Of a stretch of 64,000 nt of DNA, positions 12,168 through 25,350 are shown piece after piece. Made by a program: the position numbers and the translations under genes. The notes below the pieces were generated by a model, which did not search any database, was not told where the DNA came from, and worked only from the letters and a program-made list of their open reading frames with translations. Numbering within the stretch: the stretch's first letter is position 1; each line of letters starts with the position of its first letter. This stretch comes from Octopus vulgaris (Eukaryota), in the NCBI GenBank assembly GCA_951406725.2, contig OX597831.1:48980001-49044000 (forward strand), read 5' to 3'.

Positions 12168-12523
12168 GAATGTCCAGCCCATCTATACTTGCTGCGTGTA
12201 TACTCTGCGATGACATCTCTCACGCCGGACTTCTTTCTGATGATCTTGCTACTTATGTGCTCTCTCAACGAGATACCAAGCATAGACCTTTCCATGGCTC
12301 TTTGAGCCGTTACCAGTCTTTGCTCTTCTCTCTTTGTGGTAGCCCATGTTTCACTACCATATAACATTGCAAGCAGAACTGCACTGTTAATGAGGTTGGC
12401 GCGATTTCAGGAGGACGATTGGGATCACGTGGATGAGAAAGGAGCGATCAAGAGAGGAGTGGACAGCGTGCTGTGACCAGCAGTGTCAAATGGACGCCTG
12501 ACGGACTGGTCGGTCAAGGTGAT
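12168..12523. mobile_element. RTE-clade LINE 3' fragment with inverted 5' part
   Basis: Minus strand: MLYGSETW...RAMERSMLG...RWAGH. Plus strand: DFRRTIGITWMRK...W and stop, then the 3' tail. Confidence 0.75.
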
Positions 12524-13476
12524 ATATGAATGTATGTATTTACGCACACATACACATCTCTCAACATGATAAAAACACGTTTATTGTAAAATGGAACGAG
12601 AATTGAGAATTTCCGTTTCATGAAATTTCTCTTTAAAAAAACTTACTAATAAATAAGTATTCGTTGTTTTCTGTTAATCTTTTATAAGTTACCATGTATC
12701 TATCTCTGTACCTGCCGGATCTTTTCAATCTCAGTCAATTAACTTTTTTTAACTAAACAGTTTGAAACTTCGGATACTGGTTGAATGTTTTATGTAGAAC
12801 ACGGTTTAGTCTTTACGTTTTTGACAAAATTTTGTATTTTAGAAGTCATTTCGTCTTGAAGTTGTATTTGGGTGATTTTAATCGAAGGAAGTTACTGCTG
12901 TTTGCGAAAGTAATCGAGCAACAACTTCCGGGTAATCTGTGGTAAATTCATTTTTCAACAGCGTGTGGTTTATTCCCTTAGTTGTTCACCTTGGCTGCTG
13001 TCTTTTGGATATTTTTCACCACTGTCTTATTTTTGCGTGTAATTATTTTCGCCACAGGCGCAGAGAATACTCAGTAAACCGAAGTGTGTAGACAAAGGAG
13101 GAGATCTGCAGAGTGTGTAATGACAGTAGAGAGACCAGAAATGGTTTGTTGATCTGTGCTGGTATCTCTCAAATGATGATAAATTGTGTACATAAGGAAT
13201 AGCGAGAATCAAAAGGATAACTTTATTCTTAATATGTTCTGGTATATTTGAATATTGAATATGCTAATCGATTACCATTTGGTAATTGTGATACTTGTAC
13301 AATTGAAGATAATTTTAATAAAGAATGTATTATGGTAGCTGATACTTGCCTGTTATTTTTTAACATCTCATCATGTATATTATTGTTTGTAGTTTATGTG
13401 TGACCCCAATCATGCTGTATTGTCCCCTCTATGTTGGCCCTTAATGTGTAATAAAAAATTTTAAAAATACTTGTCT

Positions 13477-13888
13477 GTTGTTTACATTGTTCATATAAAT
13501 GCCAGTACCAGGCAGAGGTGGTTTCCAGCAGTAAGAATAAATAAATGGAAATATGTCGGTGGAACAGGATACTCCTTCAAGACCAGAGTTAGAAACTACA
13601 AGTCACCTCTTACGTTCTCAGAGTTGTGATGAGAGTCAAGATACCCTCTTGTGGGGGGAATGGACTGAACCAAGAGTATATGGTTTGTGTTATTTCATAG
13701 TCAAGTTGAAAGTGTCGGTTGGTTTGTTCATTTGGAATATTTGTTGCTTCGTGAGAGATTGTTGTTCTTATTGCTGCTGCACTATCTTGTTATTGTACCA
13801 CACTGTTACCGTGTATTGCAGGTCATTATCTCAATAGTGGTGGTACTACTATATTGGATACAAACCACATTACAGTATCTGGCGACGA
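13477..13888 (+). mobile_element. Possible Gypsy LTR remnant with PBS
   Basis: ...CATTACA followed after a few nt by TGGCGACGAG (Gypsy-type PBS); left boundary uncertain. Confidence 0.35.
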
Positions 13889-15149
13889 GAGGTTCGAAGC
13901 TCATGTAGGTTGTATTTCACCTGCAAACCAAGCATTAAATCCTTTCTTACCAGATTGTCAGCCTTATGAAATTCTCTTGCCCATGTTTTTTTCTTCTGCA
14001 GCCATCAACATGATGTTCAAGACCAACTGTGTCAATCTTACCAGTTCTGAGTAGCCTGCAAAGACCATAGGCACAGCTCTTGCCTTTCGTCTCAGAAGGA
14101 ATGAAAAAGCCAAGGATACAGCCCTTTTGTCCAACCAAATTGTTCAAATAAAACAGAAAAAAGAAAAAAAAAACAGCCTCTTCTATTCCTGTATATTAAT
14201 AAGCTGTATACTATAAACTGAGCGTACATCATCTTCAACATTTCTCATAGCCCAAACCTTATACTAAATATTTTATCCAATCATTTCTCTCCAGAATGGC
14301 AACCTCTACAAGGAATCACTGTTTGGAAAAGCCTGCAGATGTTCTCTGAACACCATTTTTTCTCTTGCTCATACTATATACAATAAAGCTAACAAGAATT
14401 TCAAACAAAGGCACAAAGCAAGAAATTTCATAGGAGGACACAATTAGCCAACTATATTGACTAATACATACTTAACTAGTATTTTATTTTATTACCTTCA
14501 GAAACATAGGAATGTGAAGTAAAGTGTGTTAAAACTGCTAACCCTTTCATAACTTAATTTCTGATAGGTAATCTGTTTCAATTAATCTTTAGTGCCACTC
14601 TAGCATGCAGTATACACAGCCATTTACACTTCGGCAGGCTATCTAACTCTAATTCTGAACCATAGCTCTAACCCTAACCTAACCCATAACAAGGCATGTA
14701 CACAATATAAACAAAAGGAAAAACAATACAAACAGGTAAAGATTAAATCAATTTTAATGCAAAATATTACACTTTGAAATGCACTATAAAATTTCATGGC
14801 AGTGTATACACAGTTCGGGTAGAGGTACATATGAGATAATAATCGGGTAGGTGTACAACACATACAGAAACAGGATACATTGAAAGAAACAAGCAGAGAG
14901 TTAAATCAATTTTAATGCAGGATATTACACTTTGAAAAGTACTGTAAGATTTCATGGCAGTGACATACACAGTTTGGGCAGAGAAGCATAGAGGGGAAAA
15001 AAAAGAAAAAAAAGGCTGGACTAATTGGAAATAAGCAAATCAAAAAGAAAAAAGCAGGCAGGTGTAAGAAATAAACAGGCAGAGATACATCAACAAACAC
15101 ACATACACAAATACATTTAATCAAAATTTGAAAATCTTGCAATGCATTG

Positions 15150-15925
15150 TAATAACTTTTCGAAAACATTGCACTTTTCATATTTTCTCTGCCACATAAA
15201 TTCGCAGAGAAAGGAGTCAATCATAGAACGATGTGTACCACACCATCGCTCATTACTCTGCTTTCCACTTGTTGCGTGTATGTTCCATCATTGAAATTAA
15301 ACTCGACATTCAATGTCAAAAACTATACCTCTCAATCTCTGGAATGTGTGAATATGCTTCGCATAGGTCGCTAAATATAGTGGTTCCCGAGAGAATCAAA
15401 TGGCAGATACATTCTAGTGTGTTGTGATTCCGATAAGGTACTGCATAAAGAAAAAACTTGTCTGGTCTCATGACACACTCCTCCGAAAAGCACCCTCCCT
15501 CAATTATACTTTCTCCTAGAGAAGACAGTATTGTCTAACTCAACAATCTTCACAGGACCACCTATTTGAACTGGGTTGATGAGTAAATCCTATGCACATA
15601 TTTCTCAGACATAACTGTTGAAATCCACAATAACAGTAGTCAGTTCCTTGACACAAGAGTACAAAAAAATGACTACAGTCCGCAGAGGAAGTGGGATACC
15701 TTCCAGCCATGTACCTTTTCTGACGGATACAGTCTCACTGCAGCCTTTGTGACTGCACCACCAGTAAAGATTCTCCTAGATGACTTTCTTTTTCATCAAG
15801 TGCCCATTTCTACACTTTTTAACTGAACGTATAATCGCCTACTCTGCAAAGTACGCTGCCACATCTACCTCGGTTTTAATTGCATCCACCAAATTGCAGA
15901 GGCTATATGATTTGGCTACAGCCAT
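15150..15925 (-). pseudogene. Decayed Merlin (IS1595/ISXO2-like) transposase
   Basis: Manual translation: WCSHKGCSETVSVRKGTWLEG, IGGPVKIVELD..FSRRKYN, LFGGVCHET, GTTIFSD; many stops. Confidence 0.75.
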
Positions 15926-16119
15926 ACTTCCTAATACAAAAAATAAAATACAACAGGCAAGTAAACAAAAGTAGATGAAAATTTTGTCAAAAACGTTAAG
16001 AGTAAACTGAATTCTACAAGACACATTCAACCAGTATCTGAAGTTTCAAACCGTTTAGTTAAATAAAATTAATTTTAAAATCTGTAACTGAGATTGAAAA
16101 GATCTCCAATTTCATTATA

Positions 16120-17510
16120 GTGGGGTGTTGGTCCTACTTAAAAGAGATCCAGTTTCAGAGAAAAAGTTAATTTTTTCTGACTCAGAGGGTAGGCTGGTCG
16201 TCTTGGATCTGACATTCAGTTGTGGTAAGGAGATCAGGCTGGTGGCGGTGTATGCACCTAGTTTACGTCAGACTGATTATTTTCGAGACCTAGAGAAATT
16301 TCTTGGTACGTCAAAATCCATAGTTATGTTAGGGGACTTTAACACTATTGTCAATGCGAGGGTTGATAGTGTTGGCTCGAACGAAGATAGGAAACCTAAC
16401 AGTGGCTTCCGGGATCTACTAAGTCGCTTTCAGCTAGTAGATCCCTACAGACTGGAATTCCCAGACGCTCAACTGTGGACGTGGTCAAATAGCGACGGGT
16501 CTTCCAAATCTTATATAAATAGGTTTTCTATTATAAAAATAGATAAAGACATAGTTAAGTGTCCACAGTTTCACTTGGTCAGTTACAGTGATCACAAGAT
16601 GGTCACTGGTAAACTGTACCTAGATAAGTTATGTAGTAAGGGAACCGGTTACTGGAAACTCAATAAGTCCTTTTTGGCGATTGAGGAGTACAGAAGCTGG
16701 ATTAAGTTACTAATTCAGAGGGCGTTAACCGGTTCCATTATTAACAACAAATAGTGGTTCGCCCTCAAAAGAGCCATAAAATATGAGTCCATTAGCTATA
16801 GAATAGGACTAGTAGCTAGAAGGCGTAAGGAAGAAAAGGGGCTAGTTAAGGCCTTAGAGGAAGCCATAAGATTTGGTGATGGGTCCCAAGTGAGGTTGAA
16901 GAGACTGGAATTAAACCAGCATCTCGAAACCAAACACATGAGTTGTATCATCAGAGCTAGACTTTGCGCAATGGGGAGCGAGGGGATTAAAGCTGCCGGA
17001 TGGGCACGAGTTGTGGAAGATCAACATGGAAACGATTCTACAATTTGGTCCGTTACGAACAAACAAGGCGTTTTGGTAAACGAACCTGAGGAGATGTGTC
17101 AAACTTTTCAGGAGCACTTTGCCCAGCTTTTCAGGGGTAGCGGTGGGCCAGATGAGAGGGTGGACCTTACGGACTTCCTCGACGGGCTGCTGCGCCTCTC
17201 AGGGCAGGATGCGGAGAGCTGTGAAGGGTCAATCAAGCCTGAGGAGGTGACTGAGGCCATAACTGACTGTGGCAGAGGTAAGGCGCCGGGACTATATGGT
17301 TTACCCTACAAGCTATATAAAAGTATGCCAGACTTGTTCGGGCCCGTACTGGCCAGCATTTTCGCGAACTGGCAGCAGAATGGGAGGATTCCTAGATCTG
17401 TACGCCGGGGAGTGGTGACGCTGATCACGAAGGACCTGGACAAGGAGGATAGAATAGATAACTTTAGGCTCATCACCTTGCTGAACGTGGAGGTGAAGAT
17501 TTTGGCCAAG
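16120..17510 (+). pseudogene. Tx1-clade ORF2 fragment (APE endonuclease to start of RT)
   Basis: GRLVVLD, VAVYAP, GDFN, SDH, GYWKLN, KAPGLYGLP, NFRLITLLNVEVKILAK. Confidence 0.85.
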
Positions 17511-17706
17511 GTGTTTCAGAATATTACCAACACAATCTTTTCCATTTTCTCCATACTGTTCTTTCCATAGAAACTCATCAAGGTACGAGTCCACCATGGT
17601 GGAATGTACCCCCATCATCATTTAAAATTTTCTTTTTGCATTCTTCCAGTAACGTTCCACAGAATTTGTGTGTACACCTGTTAGCGGATCCACAAAATTC
17701 CGGGAC
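17511..17706 (-). pseudogene. Merlin/ISXO2 transposase C-terminal fragment
   Basis: NFVDPLTGVHTNSVERYW...SYLDEFLW. Confidence 0.75.
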
Positions 17707-17889
17707 CACTCTGCGATACAAGTACCCGTTTCTTATACTCCAATAATGTTTTACTTCCTTTACATAATTGTTTCTTGAATGTATGTTTATATTTCAATGA
17801 AACAAGATATTACTTATACTGGGCATCAAACAACTAGTCATACTACACTGGTATAAATACAGATATCGTGTGTACATGCTGTATTTGCC

Positions 17890-18338
17890 CCCCCCCCCCA
17901 TTGACAACTGGTGCTGGCTACTTTTCATCTTTGTAAAAAAATAGAAACCATTGTGCGTAATTTGGGGGAAGATTTTGCTGTTATATCTAGCATGCCTAAC
18001 GATCATGTAAGATATTCTTTTGTTGGCTCGTTTTGTGTAGTAAATGTATTACAGTAAATACCTTTATCTGTAAACTTTCGAATGAAACTGGAATTGTCAC
18101 CTTTGTTCCTTTTGCCTTTACTGTTGTATTAAAAAAGGCGATAATTTTTAAATTTCATAATACTTAAAGAAATTTAAGCATTAAATTAACCACATCATTT
18201 AATTAGAAATAATTAGTTGTAATAGTTGAGCTATAATGTATATGATGATATTTAGAGAGAAATTAATATTTCAATGTAGTATTAGATGCGACATCAGTGA
18301 ACTTACAATGCAAATATTTTATATATGAGATTGGTGAA
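17890..18338 (+). promoter_or_regulatory. Orphan (fifth) U1 upstream flank with no U1 body
   Basis: Colinear with about 420-866 up to GAGATTGGTGAA; keeps ATCAGTGAACTTACAATGCAAATAT at 18293-18317. Confidence 0.85.
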
Positions 18339-18349
18339 GTCAGAACCTC

Positions 18350-21300
18350 AGTGTCGGTTGCTTTATTTTTGTTGCGCGTATATTTCAATTGGTGTCTATT
18401 TGTTAGTGTGAGTTCGTCTCTGTGTTTTTTGTGTCATTTGAACTGTTGTCTTGTGACATACAGTAATTTTCACCCTAAGGGGCAGAAAATTCCTGCATTT
18501 ATAATTATTTCTTGTCAGTTGCGACAAGGTTATTTATTTTTTGGATACGATGGAGTGTGACCTTGTGTCAAAAAAGGATTTTCCCCGAGATGGGAACAGT
18601 TAAAAATATCGGAAACGAAACGGTCAACAAGGACAAACAAAGCTTTTCAGCTGCAGTAGGTGGCAAAGTTATCGAACTGGAAGTAGTAATGGACAAGCTC
18701 TTCCAGTTCAGACAATACATTGTAAAAAAATGGCAAAGAGACTAAGCTGGTACCGCCCCTGGAAACTGTCCAGGCTATACGAGAGAAAACTGTCGTATAC
18801 AAGGTATTCAACATCAAGGAGAAGAAAATTGCAGAGGTGAAGAACGAAGTGGTGGGACGATGCATGGCTCCCATCTGGAACAAAGTACGCTATGTTAGCC
18901 GAGATGTGCGAAGTGCTACAGTTGAAGCGCAATTCGAGTCGGCTAACGTAGCAAAGGAGATATCCACGAAGACTCTCAAAAATGATGAAATTATGTTGTT
19001 ACCGACTTATTTAGGCCGGCGAACTGCTAAAATTAGTTGAGGACATACCTGCCGGTTATGATGTGATGTGGGTAGCAACAGCAGTCGTGTATGACATGGA
19101 AGCTAAGGTATTAATACTAAGCATGAGGATGAAAGAAGAGACGAACTGGAAGGGTCAGAGTTTGGAGATGGTTGTTCAAGGGGACAACAAAACCCTTGAA
19201 AGTTTGCCCGACAGGATCAATGTAGGGGAGGGACACACAATTCGTGTGTCGGTGGAGGGACGTAGGCCCAGATGCTTTAAGTGTGGGCAGAAAGGCCATG
19301 TTCGCTCTACTTGTACCAAAAAAAAAAACAACAGTTGAAGTCCCCCCCAAAAAAACTGCTGTGAGGCAGGAAAACGATGAAAACGAAAAGAAAAAACAAA
19401 TTGAAAAACAGAAGGAGGAGCAAAAAGAAAATGGAAGAAAGAATGAAGAACAGAAAAAAGAAGAGAAAAAACAAAAGGAAAGCGAACAGGTGGAATTTGT
19501 AACGGTGACGTACAAACGTAAAAAAGAAAGCACCCCAGACTCCCCTCCCCAAACAAAAAGAAAAACTGCAAGCACACATGAACAACAGCAAAAAATTCCC
19601 CAACCCCTCCCAGCTAACACTACCTTCGTAGGTCAGCATTTTAATAAACCCCATCCCCCTGTGTTAAAAGGTATAAAAAAATCGGAAAAAATTATATCGT
19701 TTAATGAGAAGAACAAGAGAGTTTTAAGACTAATCAAGGCTAATAGCCGCATGAAAATTCTTAAAATAACTGGAGGCGAGCCCGACGCGCGATATGCAAA
19801 AGTCGGAGAGGAGGAGTTTAAAGGAAAGCTCCTCCAGGAACATTTGGTAAACAAAAACATCAGATGTTACCCAGGAGGCAATAGCTGGGAAGTTAATCAT
19901 CAGCCCGGCAGCCACTCCTAACCAGAGACCAGTGGTAACGCCGGTGAAAAGCCCAGCAGCCTCGGGGAGTGAGAGGGAAGCTGGCAGACATAAACTGCCA
20001 TGACCCCTCTCTCAACCATAAATAATTTATTTTCTTTTACTCAATGATTAAGTTAGGTTGTTTGAATGTGCGTGGAATGGGGTCGAGATAGAAACAAGCT
20101 TGTTTTCTGAACGACCTCATGACACGGAATAGATGTTATTGTAACCGAGTCCAAGATGAGTGGACCTCAAGCGTTCTTGCCTCTTCTGTGTGGTTACGAG
20201 AAATTTATTTCTCCTAGCCGAGGAGGGGGAAGGGGTGTGGCAGTCTTTATCAGGAAGAGCTTGGACTTACAGATAAGTACCCTCTTTCTGGACCCAAAAG
20301 GCAAGCTGGTTGTACTAGATGTGACTCACGTGAGTAAACAGTCCTTCAGGTTGGTAGCTGCCCACGCTCCTGAGAAGTGTAGGCAGTCTGGTTTTTACCG
20401 GAACCTGGAGCACTTTCTGGTGACGTCTAAAACGTTAGTTTTGGTAGGGGACTTCAACACAGTTTTGGTAGGGGACTTCAACACTATCCTCAATGCGCGG
20501 GTCGATAGTGTGGGCTCAACTGATAGGAAAGGGAATCCTTGCCTCAAGGGTCTACTAGAGAGCTATAATCTAGTAGACCATTACTGACTGGATGAGCCGA
20601 ACGTTCCACAGTAGACATGGAGTAACAACGACGGCTCACACAGATCGTACCTAGATAGGGTATTCATTAAGGAAAGAGGTAAGAATAGAGTTAGTTGTCC
20701 ACGGATCACAAACTTGTGACGTGTGAGGTACACACAGATAAATGTCATAGATAGGGACTCGGATAGTGGAAAATGAACAAGTCTATTATGACTTGTGAAG
20801 CTTTCCGTACCTGGATTACGGAGTTAGTTCAGAGGGCATTATGTGGTACCATCATTAACAATAGATGGTGGTACACCTTCAACAGAGCCATTCGTTCAGA
20901 GTCCATTAGATTTAGCAAGCAGCTAAGTTTAGATAGGACTAGAATAGAGGGCGATTTAGTTAAGAACTTAGATGAGACAATGGAATCTGGCTCTACATCT
21001 AGAGTGTTGGTGGTGAGAACAGTCTTGTGCCGCCACCTCAACGCCAAGCATGAAAGCTGCAGAGTCAGAGCCAAGCTACGCGCAGGGAAATGAGAAGGTT
21101 GGAGAGGTTGGGAGGCAATCCTAATGAAATTGGATGCGGTAAGTCTGTTTCTGCCTATGCTGATGACGTCACCTTCATCGTGTCCAACGAAGCACAGCTA
21201 CCTCGTGTAGAAGGTGCTCTCCGAGGATACGAAGCGGTGGCAGGGGCAAAAGTTAACAAGGACAAGTCCACCGGTTTGGGCCTTGGAACCTGGAGGAACA

Positions 21301-22713
21301 AGCCGATATCGTCCAGTGTTGTTGGACACTGGACAGATGGTCCTGTTAAATTGCTTGGAGTTTGGTTTGGTTCAGATTCCCAGACGGAGAAAAATTGGAG
21401 CGAGGTAGTGAACAAGGTAGAAGCATTAGTACGGAAGTTGTCCGGAAGGCATCTTTCCTTGAAAGGGAGGGCGGAGGCATTACAGGTGTTTATAGCATCC
21501 GTCATCACCTACCACCTGACCGTCGTGCCTTGCCCCAATTTGTGGCTAAGCAAGTTGGAACGACTCCTTTTCTGCTTTTTGTGGAAGGGAGGAAAGCCAC
21601 TTGTAAGGCGCTCCGTGTGTTGCCAGGAACCGCTAAAGGGTGGGCTGGGGATGCCTTGGCTAATGATGTGTAGGCATGCGTTGAGGCTGAGACATCTCTG
21701 GTGCCACCAGGAGGGTGATAAGGTGTGTAGTCCACTGGCAGAGGAATTCTTCCCGCGACCGGACGCTTTGGAGAGATTTAAACCCGGTTTCATTAAAAGA
21801 CGGAACCTGACTTTATGACAGAAGGAGTGCCAACAGGCACTCTGGCTGATCCACAAGATGGGCAAGGCCGGCAGCGGGAATACCACCTCGGTGTTCTATA
21901 AAGGGCTGGTAGAGGCAAAAGATGACGACGTCCTAGGAGGGGCTCTGGGGTTCGATGAGAATCAACTCTCCAACCTGTTAAGAAGACTTTCAGGCTGGGG
22001 TATTTGGATAATTATCAAAAATCCCTGACTTGGCAGTGCTATAGGAATGCCTTACCTGTTCATGGTAAGTTATTTAGGTACAGAATGTCAGTGCCACCGC
22101 CGTGTCCAAGATGTGGGTTGGACGATGAAACCGTTCAACACGCGTTTGTACATTGTCGGGAGCTGTCAAGCTTGATAAGTTACGTAGAACACGTGTTGTC
22201 GCATCTGGGACGAGTACAGCTGTCAGCTGGTTCTATAATAAAGATGATACCGCCAACTGGACTCTAAAAGGAAGGTGAGGCTTGTTTTCACTGTACGGTT
22301 GCTGTACTGAAAGAGTGTGTGTGGAGAACCAGAATGGAAGGTTTTGTGACAGGGTGCTTTGTCTCTGGCCCCGGTCTGTTAAACTACTTCAGATTTCATC
22401 TGAAGAGCAAGATGGAGTTGGAGAGGAGGAACCTGCCACAGAAAGAGTATGTGAAATGTTGGAAGGATGTGATAAGAAAGGTGGGTGTGAGTAACCCAGC
22501 TTAATCATCAATGAAAGGAGAAAATAGTTGCCGGGTAAAAGTCTGTACTGTTCTATACTTACCTGGCTAATTAAAAAAAAAAAATTTAAAGTGTAGTATT
22601 ATATTATTCTAAATTTTTAAATACCATACGAACTACATAACTTTTTTGTAATTGTGTTTTGTCCTGTAGTGTCCTATCTTTGTATCGATTTTTATGATCA
22701 TAATAAAGATTTT
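18350..22713 (+). mobile_element. Tx1-clade LINE copy A (5'UTR, ORF1 ~18550-20018, internally deleted ORF2 20044-22503, 3'UTR)
   Basis: CFKCGQKGHVRSTC knuckle; APE motifs; SAYADDVT; CPRC..ETVQHAFVHC; ends AATAAAGATTTT. Confidence 0.9.
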
Positions 22714-22728
22714 ATACTAACCTGTCAC

Positions 22729-25350
22729 TTGTCTTGGGAATCCTTTTTCATCTGCGAATCAAGAAATTGGCTGCCTATTTTTGTTAAGTGAGTTCGTTTT
22801 TTGCTCATTGTTGTTTTGTGTTTCACACGTTAATTTGAACTATTGTCCGTTGTGTGACAATTTTCGCCCTACAGGGCTGAAAATTCTGTTTATGAACATT
22901 TTTATTACCTTTGTGGTAATTTTTGGAAAATTTGTTAAAACTTGTTTCTTGTCGTAATTTGACAAATGGAATTCGATTTAACGTCGAAAAAAGACTTCCC
23001 TGTGATGGGAAAAGGCAAACATAATAAGGATGTCGAGTTTTGAAAACAGTCTTTTTTGGCCGCAGTGGGCGGAACCGTAACTGAAGTGGAATTCAAAATA
23101 GAACAGTTGTTTGAATACCGGAACTTGGTCAAAAAGGAAGGCAACGAAATAAAACTTGTACCGCCGCAAGTGATATTACAAGAGATAAAGGCCAAGACAG
23201 TTGTGTACAAGGTGTACAGTATCAAGGAGAAAAAAATAAGGTGTTGAATAAAATTCGCTACATCAGTCGAGGTGCCACCGTTGAAGCACATTTCGACTTG
23301 GCTGATGTGGCAAAGGAGATTTCGTCAATGACTTTAAAAAATGAGGATATTATGTTATTACCCACCTATATGGGCAAAAGAACAGTAAAACTTTATGTGG
23401 AAGATATACCTAGAGGATACAATGTAATGTGGGCAGCAGCAGCGGTTCTGCATGACAGAGCAGAAAGTCTCAATTCTGCAGATGAAAAGGAAAGAGGTAA
23501 ACTGGAAGGGACAAGCACTCGAGCTCCTCGTTCAAGCCGAGAATAATGTACTGGAAAACCTGCCCGATTGGCTATTTATTGATGAGCGACTTTCAATGAG
23601 AGTAGCAGTGGAGGGGCGGAAACCCAAGTGTTTCAAATGTGGTGAAAAGGGTCACGTCTGCTCCAACTGCGTAAAAAAAAGAAAATCAGTGAAGCCCCTC
23701 CTCAAAGTGCTTCAAATACAGAAAAAGAGGAGGGGAAAAAGGATCCCAAGACTGCAACAAGGGATAAAACCGGAACAGAAGAAAAGCAAGATAAAACGCA
23801 AGAACCAATGAATTTCACACAAGTAACATACAAAAGAAAAAAAGAAAATACCCTGGACTCCCCACCCCAAACAAAGAAAAAAACAGCAAACACTGCAGAG
23901 ACACATCCAAAACAAATTCCCCAGTCCTATCCCCAAGGCACTGTGTTTGTTGGAACACAGTTCGCCAAGCCCCACCCCATAAAACAAGATCCGAAAAAAT
24001 TGTTAAAAAAAGAATGAAAGAATTGTGGCATTCGATGAGAGGAACAATAGAGTGTTCAAACACTTCAAATTCTCAAAACTTAAGTTATTTAGCAAGTCTG
24101 CAGACACCAAGTCAACCACTCGTTTTGCTAAAATAAAGACGAGTGGAAAGAGAAAACTTTTCAAGAACATTTGAAAAATAATTACATTAGAGATGTAAGT
24201 AACGAAATACTGGAGGGCAAACTAACTATAACCCCGGCAACCACACCTACCCAGAGATGTGGCAACGCCGGTTAAGAGCCCTGCAGTTACGACCATAAGG
24301 GAGGAAGAAGAGGAAGCATGCAGACTCAAACTGCCATGCTCCCTGTCCCAATCATAAGTAAAATTTTTTTTCTCCGTCAATGGTCAAGTTGTGAATGTGC
24401 ATGGAATGGGGTTGAAATGGAAACAAATTTGTTTCCTGCATGACCTCACGACACGCGGAGTGGATGTGGCTAAATGAGTCCAAGATGAGCGGGGCCCAAG
24501 CGTTCTCGCCTCTTCTGAATGGTTTCGAGAAATTTATTTCTCCTAGCCAAGGAAGAGGAAGGGGTGTGGCAGTCCTTATCAGGAAGAGCTTGGACTTGCA
24601 GGTAAGTACTATCTTTCTGGACTCAGAAGGTAGGCTGGTCGTTCTGGATGTGACACATGTAAGTAACAGTCCTTCAGGTTGGTGGCTGTCTATGCTCCTA
24701 ACGAGTGTGGGCAGTTGGGTTTTTTTGGGGACCTGGAGCACTTTTTAGCGACGTCGAAAATGGTAGTTTTGGTAGGGGACTTTAACACTATCCTCGATGT
24801 ACGGATCAATAGTGTTGGTTCCACTGATAGGAAGGGGAATCCTAGCCTCAAAGGTCTACTAGAGAGCTTTAATCGAGTAGACCATTACTGACTGGATGAG
24901 CTGAATGTTCCACAGTGGACGTGGAGTAACAATGACAGTTCAAAAAGATTGTATATAGATAGGGTACTCATTAGGAAAAGAGATAAGGATATGTTTAGTT
25001 GTCCAGTTTCACATTGTGCCTTCAACGGATCACAAATTTGTGACTTGTGAGGTGCAATTAGATAAGTGTCATAGACAGGGACCCTCGAAGGGTAGAGCGG
25101 AGGTGGTGCAGGTGTTTATAGCATCTGTAATCACCTACCGCCTGTTTGTTGTACCTGCCCCGATTTTTGTCTAAACAAGCTGGTACGACTCTTCCACTTT
25201 TTGTGGAGAGGGGGAAAGCCACTTGTGAGGTGCCCCGTGTGCTCTCAGGAATCACTAAAGGTGGCTTGGGGATACCATGGCTAATGATGCACAGACATGC
25301 ATTGAGGCTGACACATCTCTGGTGCCACCTGGAGGGTGATAAGGTGTGGA
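22729..25350 (+). mobile_element. Tx1 copy B (5'UTR, ORF1, APE, deleted ORF2)
   Basis: CFKCGEKGHVCSNC; APE motifs; 5'UTR hairpin shared with copies A and F. Confidence 0.85.

Noticed and set aside
13467-13477. ATACTTGTCTG after a Tx1-like tail as a third U1 target remnant
   Set aside because: Only 9/11 in AT-rich DNA; too weak to count.
14640-14690. CCTAA/CCCTAA-like run as interstitial telomere
   Set aside because: Short and irregular; such runs are common inside DNA transposon remnants.
20437-20484. In-frame 24-bp duplication of the GDFN motif in copy A
   Set aside because: Private to one dead copy with stops on both sides; no functional meaning.
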